From the NCBI GenBank assembly GCA_002633005.1, contig NMRA01000438.1, forward strand, positions 70,893 through 134,892: a stretch of 64,000 bases of DNA, written 5' to 3'. Below are positions 53,394 to 64,000 of this stretch, one piece after another. The notes below the pieces were generated by a model. The model was not told the origin of the DNA. It did no database searches and worked only from the letters and a program-made list of their open reading frames with translations. Both the position numbers and the translations under genes were made by a program. This DNA is from Phoronis australis. Lineage: Eukaryota > Animalia > Phoronida. The number at the start of each line of letters is the position of its first letter. The stretch's first letter is position 1.

Positions 53394-53507
53394 CTGAGAT
53401 TCAGTCACAGCACTTCCCTCCTCACTGTACCCAGCTTTCCGTTTCACCCCGTATATCTGACATACGTTGGGATAATGTGCAGGCCAACCCAGGTCAGAAG
53501 TAGGCAT
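53394..53507 (-). CDS. first coding exon: MPTSDLGWPAHYPNVCQIYGVKRKAGYSEEGSAVTESQ
   Basis: Acceptor gcttttccatggttttcag 1 nt before the ATG, donor CAG|gtatgt. 114 bp coding, ending in phase 0. Confidence 0.8.
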
Positions 53508-54559
53508 ACTGAAAACCATGGAAAAGCAACACGTCAATTAGAAAACAAATAACTCAAATTCTATCAGAGACCTAACTCCCCTCTGAAAAAATTCAACAAT
53601 TGCAGAAAATTTTCACCAGTCTCAAACATTCCCCTCGAGGTTACAATCGGATTCCAACTCATACAGGCACACTCGGCACCAAACAGTTTAATAACTACCG
53701 AAGTCAATACAAATCTCAGCCATGTGTAACAGACTCGATGTGGAGAACAGGATATGGATTAGTTTGTCTTCCTTCAAGGCATCTTTCCCTCACATGAGCA
53801 AGGGTCCTGATAAATCAAACGTTACAGTGGTAACCACATACATTCAATTAGTCAATAGTCAGTCTGGTTCATGACAATATTAAATGTGATCAATATGTTC
53901 ACAATTGGCCTTGATTACTTCATGCAATCTTTTCCAGATCAAACTCTACTTTCATCAATAGTGATGGTGTCCCAAAAAGAATAATTTGCATTTTGAAAGT
54001 ATTCAACAGTACACTCGGCCAGACAGAATGTTCCATAGGGCATACTAGCCCATAGGGTTTACGTCCGATGACGGCACTGGCCATTTTATTTTTGTTACAA
54101 AATTGAGAAAAAATCTTCTCCGCCTTGTTGAAAAAACAGCCCCTTTCATACAACTGACTTCAGTCAGGTGACAGGTAGTCATCCAGTAGTTAGACAAACT
54201 AATACACGCATCGTTGTTACTTTTGTCGTTCTTAATTACGAGCAGATGCAATGAACATTGACGCGCATACCATACAGTCGTACACCATAAAGCTTTCACA
54301 AACTGTTCACAACTCCAGATACAGGAGAAAGACTCGGATTATCCTTTTCAGCATGCACGTACTACCCGTCGCTCTGTCTGAGAAATTCTTACTACCTGGT
54401 ATGAGAAGCCTTTATTTTCTTAACAATGTCAGCAGAATTTAAACATTTATAAAGTTCCCAGTATCTTTTTTAACCTGTGTTCTCTCTAACATTCTTGTCA
54501 TTTTGGTCTGTTCATGTACTTGCAGACCCTCTACTGATGCCAAGATATAATGCTTTTCA

Positions 54560-55060
54560 GACCTTTCATAGTTTACTCTCCATTGTACATCAGGATTTGG
54601 ATAATTTCTCTCGACAGCTTATGGCCTCCTAATGTTTGATTCCTGGATTTCATGGTCAATGTTAGACAGTACCACCGTCTCAATAGGCTCTAGCATACAT
54701 GTTGGTCATCCTGTAGGTCCTCCATGCGCCAGAAACTTTTCAGCGAATTATGTCACACACTGAGTGACTGAACCATCAAAGCCACCTTGGTATAAGTAAT
54801 TCTTCACGCAGGGAGACACCTTAGGACATCGATGTCTTTAATTCTACTCAGCTCAAATACTCCCATAATCAAGCTTTATTCAAATAATTCTTTGTTCAAT
54901 AGCCAAGCCAGAACAAGTAACTCGACATTTTTACACTGCTCATGACAAGGGATATGACATTCTTATAGCAACATGACTTCGATGGTTTAATCACTCTGTG
55001 TGAGGCATACTTCGCATTAAGTCTCCAGCGCATGGAGGGTCTATGCGATGGTCACTGTCT
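54560..55060 (-). pseudogene. possible decayed P-element-family transposase fragment (intronic)
   Basis: Minus-strand peptides LNAKYA, LAWLLNKELFE..LDY, CVKNYLYQGG and EKFLAHGGPTG*PT follow the order of P-transposase C-terminal motifs (FD.LN, L.WL..FL.YL..W, F...R..GG...NPT). Many stops. Confidence 0.35.
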
Positions 55061-55424
55061 GTAGGTACTCATGATTTTCGTGTGTGAATATAGATTTAGT
55101 TTGCCTACAACCCGGCTTTCCAGGGATTACCCAAACACTTCGACGAAGGAACATTTTGCAAACAAAAGTGTCGGGTAGTTGTCATTTATATGCCCTAAAT
55201 AAAGTAAATTGTGCATAGACTGGCTTGCTACGTGTGATAGTCAGAGGCAAACTGAAAAAGGTAAAAATAATGGTCGTAATGTGAAAGTGGAGCACTCCGA
55301 ATTTCTTTGAAGACCTTTAGACGGCAAGTCCGTCATCAAGTGAAACTGGTTTCCGGTAGACATTTGATGATGAGCCCGTTGATGCCACTTTTACCCGAAC
55401 CTGTTCCATCGGAATTGGAGACCA

Positions 55425-55550
55425 GCTTCCCGTTCAGTAACGATTACGTGATTCGCCAATGTAGGGACGTGTTGTGTATTTTAGATGAGAACATGCAACT
55501 TTGTTTAGATTTTAGCTAGGTGTAGCTCTTAGCGTTATTGAACGCACGCC
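55425..55550 (-). mobile_element. PIF/Harbinger-like MITE, copy 3 (decayed)
   Basis: cccgttcagtaacg ... ttagctaggt..tagcgttattgaacgcacgcc. Confidence 0.65.
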
Positions 55551-55694
55551 AGGTGCCCGTATAACTTGTACAAGGTCTTTAGGTTTTAGGTCTGCTAGAA
55601 AACACATCACAACATCGCGTCACAGCGGACAAAAGCGACACCAGTCACCAGATGATCGGTTGACTAAGCACTGGTGCCAGTGTCGACTGTCGTG

Positions 55695-55782
55695 CACAGA
55701 TATCCGTGGCTTCCGATTACCTTAATACATTATGTAATACACATAGTGTATTGTGGACGATCAGAAGTTACGGACGTCTGTG
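55695..55782. mobile_element. 88 bp internally deleted relative of the 15010-15653 foldback element
   Basis: cacagatatccgtggcttccgat.. / tagtgtattgtggacgatcagaagttacggacgtctgtg matches the termini of the larger element. Confidence 0.7.
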
Positions 55783-56785
55783 GTGTGGTACAAGTAAACT
55801 TGTCACAAGGCAGACGAGCCGACTCTTGACTTCACGCCGTTCACGTCGTTGGATAGCTACATTTTCTTTGAATTACACCAACACACACGCCAGCCAGCGG
55901 TTGATGATAATATGAAACACCAGAGAAATAACAGGGATATATGACATACCTGGGTCACGACAAAATTGAGGACAAAGAGAAGAATATTTCCAGAAACCGG
56001 TGAGTCTTTGTTTGGCGCCGACGTGTTTGCAAGTTGAAAATGTTTGATCACGTGACCCTTCTAACGTTTAATTTTCTCCACAAGAAGCCGCTGGGAGACA
56101 CGAGGTTCATTTGTTGACTCAGAAATGACCTAGTGTCACTCTGAGAAACTAAGCTATCCTCTCTCAGGGCGAGCGGACCGTGAGTCCAGCTATCAAGGCT
56201 CTACGTCCTCCTAGAAAATTAGCAAGACGTAAAGATTCTATGATCCATCCTTAAGTCAAAAGACTGTGCTCCGTTATCACCAAAATTCTGTCGTGGATAA
56301 ACTACTAAACACACTCGTTGCTCAGTATATAGTAGGCCTATGCAGTAGCCTAATTGGCGTCCATTCAAATCTCTACTTGACTTTAGGAAATTTTCAATTA
56401 AGCTTAAAAACATGTAATCAGCGTTTTCTCAAAAGTTTCTTGAAAAAATCTTGACCCCCTTGATATAATGCTTTTTAGCGGCTTACTTAATTAGGATAAA
56501 TTGGCGTTGAAACTACCTTAACGCCTCTCAATTAAGTCCACAACCTCATGTGGACGTCAATGAATTAAGAAGCTAACGTTTATTGGCCGGGTGGGTGCCA
56601 TATATGTTGTGGTGGACCAACACTTTTAAACATCTGATCCAGTGGACCAACATTAAAAAAATTCCATTTCATTTTGTTGGCCCTCCGAAAACAGTAAAGA
56701 TATCATAACGCCAAATAAACTATGGATGTGAGTTATGAGGAGAAACGTGACGTAGGAGTTATCGCACTTTACGCCGCGATGATGA

Positions 56786-56945
56786 GGGTGGCGGATTTGA
56801 AGGGGACCCAAGGGTGCCATGGCCACCCCTAAAACTCTCCCAGATTCTATTCGGCAGATCGGGCCGGGGTGCGAATGTCTGACGGGTAAAATCCTGGCTA
56901 ATACTCTGCCCTGCCCCCCACCTAAAAATCCTGGATCCGCCCCTG
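56786..56945 (-). mobile_element. ~160 bp hAT-like MITE, copy 2
   Basis: ggtggcggattt ... ggatccgcccctg. Reverse complement of 20611-20760. Confidence 0.75.
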
Positions 56946-58619
56946 ATGTTGTCCACGAAACGAGAAGGGTGGTTTCATTTCTTTAGTTTTGTAAATACCA
57001 AAACCATGTCCTAGATAACGCGCTAATGAACTCATTTCAATAAAGAACAAAAGCCAATTCCATCGACCAAGCGAAAAACCACGTGACTTTTTACCAGCGA
57101 CAAGTCTTTACAATGTAAGTTGGGAGAAGTTTTACAGGGAAAATTTGGCCGTGGTGTGATTAGCTCAGTAGAGGCGGTAAAACCAGACGACAAAAGGTAG
57201 GGTAACTATAACGGTAACTGCAGATGCTATCTTGAAAAAAACAAGCGTAATTCTTACTTGAAGATAAGGATAGAGCAACTGCCAATGTTTCGAAACGTCT
57301 TGAGTTCAAAACAACAGGGGACAATACTCCTAAAATTGATGACAGTGACAGGCTAATAGCAACAAGCACAATGTTGCGGATATTTTGAGAAACCATAGCC
57401 AGGAAAAGAGCCTACAAAGCAACTTTTAATCACATCAGATAGAGGTACCTATAGGGGCGCAATGACGGATATTCTTGTATCAGAAACCCATATAAAGAAA
57501 CCAAATGATCTAACTAAACATTTAAAAATCCTAAGTGGGCTCGACTAGTTAGATCTTTCTAAATTGGAAGGCAGCGCTAGATACATTGTATACTGCTTAT
57601 AATAATGGAACCCAGCATGCTTGATTAATTCGCTGATTAGTCAAGAAAATAATTTGTAATTTCAATTAAATTATGGCAACAAGATTGCATAAAAAACGAA
57701 AATGAACCGAAGAGGTAGACTTTCTATAAATGACTAACTAAACCAACAGGGAAATAGTAACAAGGATTCAAAACATTGCTACTGGATGACGACAAAGATC
57801 TTAGAAAGTGCCTGAGTTATTGAGAAGAATATATTCAGGAATTCGTCCACAACAATGCGTCTGTATAAATAAATTGGATCTTTGGTGCCGTTTTACAACT
57901 ACATTATTCAATTAAATTCAGGATGTAATGACATTTACAAAAAACGTGACAAACTAGATTATCTAACTACCTACCATAATTTTTGATAGAGCGATATTCA
58001 GTGAAATCTGAAGCTTAGGCGATGACGAAACCTAGAACCTTCAACGACTACGAGCCCGACGCCTACCATACAAACGTACAGTTTATGATAAACAATTAAA
58101 TTTTCATTGGGTAATGCAACAAAAGATGGTCATCAAATCAAATAACAGTAAAACAGTAAGTCATAGCGACAAACTAATCACGCAGATAGCCCGTGAAGAG
58201 ATCTACCTCTTTGGTATTGGCACCAACGATACCGCTTAGGACCATCCCTGACGGAGAGCTACGAATTGACTTCACAGGTTATTGATAGTTGAGCTGATAG
58301 CGCACTTCAAAGAATGACAATAAGACAACTACTGTATGAAATAGCCGATAGTTCAATTGTTCTCGCCCTGACGTGAGCTGTCAGTTCTGCTTTCGTTTAC
58401 TTGTAGCTATCCGTCTGCGTTAGTCCTAAAAGAACAAACGTCGGAGTATATTTGAGGGACTTTCTGGACGATTCAGGGCCAGCAAAGTCGAACGGCTACC
58501 AGCTTAGATCAGCTGACCACATCAAGTGGAAGTTGATTCAGGGCTGACAGTTCACTCCAAGACATGACGGTACCACTACCAGCCACTGGATCATTCAAAT
58601 GGACAAACCCAAGACTCAC

Positions 58620-58990
58620 TTCGACGTGACCCCATCAAACCACCCGACTGAATTATCGAGTTTTCAAAAATTCTAAAAGTGTGAAATTGAAAAAAATGAA
58701 CGTTTTTTGTAACGTATTTGTATTCAAAAGTTTGACAATGCAGAAAACATACAGCAAATTTCGAAATAGCGAAGTTGAATGGTCGTTGCTGATAGTTCTA
58801 CGATGATGGATCCGTGATATAGCACGATGACTTAAGCACAGCAGAGACGACAGTTTGCCGGTGTTCCGTTGTTGGTTTTGGCATTTCTTCTCCGCGTATA
58901 GACATTGCTGATACTCCGAGAGTCGGGCACACTTATTCACTTTCCTTCTACCAAACCAGAGAGTCTGACTTTGGATCGCTTGCCTTTTTG
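58620..58990 (-). other. candidate 5' UTR exon of the 180-aa gene (5' limit uncertain)
   Basis: Consensus donor GAA|gtgagt at 58620 in a CpG-richer, promoter-like context. An in-frame TGA upstream means it would not extend the main ORF. Confidence 0.45.
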
Positions 58991-60492
58991 TGTCCTCAGT
59001 AACTATTATTTTACTTAAACATTTCATGTGCATTTAATGTTTTGTAATGCGTTGCGTTGTATGCTCTCTCGTGACCCGTGATACAGTGGCGAAATGCATC
59101 TGAACAGATCAGAACAGATCTAAAGTTTAGCTTGCCAGAGGACAAGTACGTGTAGCTCAACATCACAGGGGTAAGTAGACGTCTTTCATATTCGCAATCG
59201 ACTGAGCACATATAGGCCAACAACCAACATGGAGTGATTGTCAAATTTCTACTTCTGATTACGGTCGAGGTTAACAGTGTTAACCTGTGAACTATAGTCA
59301 CAGTTCACACGTCAAAACCTCTGACTCCTTAAAAGTTGCTGATGCCATTAAAAACAGTGGACGTCAAAAGACGACTTCCGCATTCAACAGCCTGAAGTCA
59401 CAACCCTACAAACGACGTTGGGGCCAAGGCAACTTTACTGCCAATGACCAAATGCAATATTTGTAGCAGTTCACTTCAACAGTTATTAGGACTGCAATAG
59501 GATACTCTGCGACGGATACACCAGACAGATATGTGTGTCAGAAAATGTCCATCTTTGAGGGCTATCTGATACATTCTTTCCCACAATTTGGATGTCGCAA
59601 GGTTGCCATCGCTTTTTACGGAATTGAAACTCGTTTCTGACGACGTTGATGGGTCTACAGATTTAAAGGAAGCTCTAAGATGCTTAAGATGTAATTTGTT
59701 TTCTTAACATTTGTTGTCTTACAGATACATGTATATTGTCTTTGTCTTTGTTACACATTTGATGACTGACTATACCCGACGTTATCCATCATTTGCCAAG
59801 TTCTGACTTGTGGTTTTTGTCGTGGTTTGCATTAGACATCACACTTTGTGGCACTAGAAATAAAATTGTGAATTGGGGCGTCAGGGATTCGCACCATTGT
59901 AGAGGTCATATATCGCATGTGTTTCGATCTCTATACCATGCCGTACAAGTATTTCTGATGGTACGCACCGATTTGTGAATCAGTTCTCGCTACCATGTAA
60001 GAACATTTTGTGGGTTCGTGTCACTCGTGCCTCTCCTGACCGTGTGCATCTACAGCACCCCAACATGTGTGGTATGCTTTGGAGACACCGTTGTTGTTGG
60101 GAATATATTTCACATTGATGTCGACATACGGGATAAGCTGGATCATTCTCTATTAGTGATTGGGAAGATATATATGTGTCTGTTTGACTGCTATATAAAC
60201 TCTATAGAACACAGTGACTTAAATAAATGTTAAGAATTTTACCATGTTTCGTGGTTGGTACCTCACTGATGTTACAAACAACCATGTTCGTGTGTATGTC
60301 CATAGTCTTTGCACGTAGAGCAGACTGAAATGACTTGGGCAGGTAAGTTTTTCCGGAAGTGTGTTGTAGAGAGGAAGAAGGAATTTTGCAGGTATGCGGT
60401 GCGACACTGAAGTGTCATGAAGAACATACTGTGGCATCAATGTGTAGAGACAATAATGGAAAGATACATGTGTAAGTGGAATTGAGGGTTTG

Positions 60493-61720
60493 CTAGTTCA
60501 ATGATTCAATCATTTCACTGACTGAGGAAATATTGTGATATCTATTCAGGGTAAATCTTGCAGCTCGTCGCTGCACCATTTCAATCTTGTGAGTGTGAGC
60601 TTTCGTGTGTGGTGGCCATACTGTTGAGCAGTATTCTAGTTTTTGTCGGACTAGAGCGGCATAAGCTATTTTCTTAATTTTCTGAGCAGTGTGTCTAATG
60701 TTTCGTCTAAAAACTCCAAGGGGTTTACTGGCAGAAGCAGTAGTTGTATTGATATGAGAATTCCAGTTGAGATTGTTGAAGATAGTAATGCCAAGATATT
60801 TGGCCTCAAACAGGGATGGCAGGAGTGAGCTAGGAAGGAAATACTGTTGGACGATAAGTTTCTTTTTTCCGACGTAAGCGAAGAACATTGAACTTTGATC
60901 CATTGAACTGCATACCCCACACTGATTCTCAAATGAGCGAGTCTGTTGATGTCCTGTTGGAGCAAGATGTGATCTTCTTAGTACCGGATGGAGCGGTAAA
61001 TTATGCAAAGAGGCCGATATTGGACGAAATGCTTTGAGGCAAGTCATTGATTAAGAAGAGAAAAGAGTATGGTCCAAGGACAGACCCCTGAGGAACACCG
61101 AAAAGTACAGGAGATGTCAGATGATTCCGCCTTAAACTCAACATACTGAGTTCAGTTGATGAGAAAGGAGGCAATCTAATTCTTTGGAAGGACCCAAAAG
61201 ATATCAATTTCGTTAACAAGTCTAGAGTGATGTACTTTGTCGAAAGCTTTACTAAACTCCATAATGATGACAGGCTGGATGCCAGAGTCCAAATTGAGAA
61301 AGAGGTCGTTTGTAAAAGTGAGAAGTTGAGATTCATGTCAGTCTGTTTGGCTTAAAGTCGTGTTGCCATTTGTAAAAAGATGTTCTTTTCAAGACGTTTC
61401 ATAAGGTGACTCACAATGACGTGTTCAAGAATCTTGCAGCACATACAAGTAAGGGAGATAGGTCTGTAATTTTCTGCTTTGTGTTTACTTCCTTCTTTTT
61501 GAAAACTGAAGCGACATTGGCGTGGCGCCAATTTGCTGGAACCACATCTGATGAATGATAGGGATACATTAAAGATGTTGGTCAGTAAGGGAGCTATTGG
61601 CCTGATAGTTCCCGAAGAACTATGAAAGAGATATTGTCTGGACCTGGGGACTGAGTGGAAAGCAGTTTTTCAGCTCCATTGATATCAATGACAGGGTCTG
61701 GGTCATTGATGAGGCACACT
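60493..61720 (-). mobile_element. decayed, truncated CR1-clade non-LTR retrotransposon, reverse transcriptase region
   Basis: Motifs PGPDNI, NWRHANV, ENYRPISLTCMCCKILEH, GVPQGSVLGP..FLFLINDLP, LFA, KYLGITI..NLNWNSHI, LEYCSTVW.P and IEMVQRRAARF. Several frameshifts. Confidence 0.92.
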
Positions 61721-63389
61721 ATGGTACATGTATGCCATCGATGATGTAGATATTGGGTACACTCCCTTTCACTAGCGGCTTCCAGTAGAGAACCCTCAAC
61801 CTGAGTTTTCGATTGACAAATATTTGTATGCCAATAGCATGTTAGTTCACTTAGCTGGATTTTGTTTTGTTTATTTAGTTTGTAATTTAGCCACCAGGTG
61901 TTTCCTCTTCTTTTCCTTATAATATGTGTCTTGTGTGCCCCTATGTTTCATTGACCTTTTGCCTTTGACCCATTCTTTTGGAGGTCTATTCAGATAGCAT
62001 GGATGTGGTGCAAACCAACTGCCCTGAGTTGTCATACTGTGTTACGTGAAGGAGGTTAGGCTGGGTAGCCATAGGGTTTCACATTCTGTAAGTTAAATTT
62101 TGTTTTCTTTTTGTATTCTCTTATGCTTCATAAAGTTAGAATTTGGCCAGTGGAAAGCTTATGTTGTTTAATATGTAAGCTTAGCTAGGGTGGGAATGTA
62201 GTGTCAGCTTAGAAGATTTTGATATCTAGGTGATTATATTTTTGTTGTTTTTTCAGTAAACGCATATACGTGACAAGCCTAGGTGTTTTTTTTTCGTCAC
62301 TTAGTAGTAATTTAGGAAAATATTATTTTGCTAGTTTCCAAATTCTGCTTGTTCGCCAGATCTCAAATTAGTGACGGCAACACACTCTTTACTCACTTGT
62401 GTTCCTAAAATTATCAAGAAAAGTTAAATAGCCCCATCAGTTCTAGACAAGACCAAATCCATTCACTTGCTCGACTTTCAAGATATTATAAGAACAAAAT
62501 TTTAGATACTTATTCACTATGCAACCATGTTGCCTTTCTTGAAGTTATGTCCCCTGTGCACTGCTATAAATAATCACTTCTAATCCGGGCACACCGTGGA
62601 CGTACACATATATACAAATGCAGTTATTACTGTCACAGTCAACGTACGTATATTGTTGCAATCTGTGCAACCTTTTATTCATTTGTTTAAGGTTAACTAA
62701 TCGGAGTACTTATACCACTATGGCAGACTGGAAAAAGGCTTCCGATATGATTCATTCCTCAAGATGACTTCTTCAAGAATTTTGTGCTCGGGGGGAACTT
62801 CGTCCACTTTTTACAGTATAATTTGGTTTCCGTACAGTACTCAAGAACACAAAGGACAGGTTTGATTATCTACAAATTGTTTTTGGGCAACCAGTGTCAT
62901 CACGCATTTGTCAAGTACTCCTCACAGACTCAAAAAAGAACAATTTTGGATAAATAAGCTTAACACATTTGAACCTAATGGATTGAACATAAAGACGTCT
63001 TAAATGACATCCTTTACTTTTTCCACAACAATGTATCATGTTCATTTCGCCATATATCAGATGTCAATTGGCATATAGTGTTTGATTTCACTTTGTTTCT
63101 GTTTCTGTTGACGAATGATGTTACTTTTTCGGAAAATTTCAGTGATCCATTTTTGTTGTTTTATTTACCTATACTTATTCTTTTTTTCGACACACAAGTG
63201 TATTTTTCAGAGGATCTGGATCGCCTCTTTTAGTTTCGGATTTATTTTCTACGTTATTTGTCAAGTTTTAACTAAGTCACAGAAAGGTGTTTATGGTTTT
63301 TACAAGATATTTGTCAACAATGCCTATATCTATCTCTCTTTGGAATTAAAATGGAATTTGGAGAAGTTTATCCCATTGGCTAAGTATTG

Positions 63390-63610
63390 TTTTTAATCAA
63401 GATATCACAATATCAACGAAAAAAGGTTTGATTGGTTCCCTGCGTCTTCCACTTAAAAGGAATATTCTTTTTTTAATCAAGATATCAGTATATCAACGAA
63501 AATAGGTTTGTTTGGTTCCCTGCGTCTTCCACTTAAAAGGAATATTCTTTTTTAAATCAAGATATCAGTATATCAACGAAAATAGGTTTGTTTGGTTCCC
63601 CGAGTCTTGC
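63390..63610. repeat. 80-bp tandem repeat, ~2.7 copies
   Basis: ttt.aatcaagatatca recurs at 63391, 63471 and 63551. Confidence 0.95.
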
Positions 63611-63964
63611 AAGGAAGTATCAGTGTGTATATCATAATGTTTGTATATCAAGATTTTAAACAAGAACTTAAAAGGACTATTCTACAGTTTGGAAACTGAC
63701 CCAAAAGAACTTCAACGTTGCAAATAACTGTCTATTCACATATTGTAAGTGTATGAAACTATCTAAAATTATCCTATCTTTTTTTCTTCAATGCTTTTTC
63801 AATGTTATTGGATAAAAGAGCTGTACGCTTGAATATTTGAAAAAAGATGTTATGTTTTTAAATCAAGAAATGCAATTAAAACGCATTTGGATATAGAGAA
63901 ATAGATTTAATATTTATATTTCTTCATTTGTTTCAGTACTTAGTATATAAATTAATTACAGTGT

Positions 63965-64000
63965 TCTCTCTCTCCCCCTCTCTCTCTATCTCTCTCTCTC
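63965..64000. repeat. (CT)n microsatellite
   Basis: Directly visible at the window end. Confidence 0.9.

Noticed and set aside
58653-59033. 126-aa track ORF
   Set aside because: No protein features. Better explained as leader or promoter sequence.

Overview
AT-rich (roughly 38% GC by eye), repeat-dense genomic DNA from an animal, with a transposon repertoire typical of marine invertebrates. It is not prokaryotic, and almost all ORFs in the supplied track are spurious. One spliced protein-coding gene could be rebuilt by hand on the minus strand. It has five coding exons (53507-53394, 52199-52110, 51436-51359, 49335-49178, 47961-47859) with canonical GT-AG sites and consistent phases, and encodes a 180-aa protein I do not recognise. 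The protein looks nuclear and disordered, with a bipartite NLS-like motif, a COP1-type VP degron match and a C-terminal RCFCKPSW motif. The gene has a probable ~2.8 kb 3' UTR, a candidate 5' exon carrying uORFs (one overlapping the start codon out of frame) and a candidate 24-nt poison exon. The rest of the window holds many non-autonomous DNA transposons (CAG-ended MITEs with 5-, 6- and 8-bp TSDs, a 644-bp palindromic P-like MITE, Harbinger-like and MULE-like MITEs, and a two-copy element with asymmetric inverted repeats). It also holds a decayed CR1-clade LINE, possible transposase relics, micro- and minisatellites, and one probable assembly duplication across an N. Family assignments come from terminal and TSD features judged by eye, with no database search.
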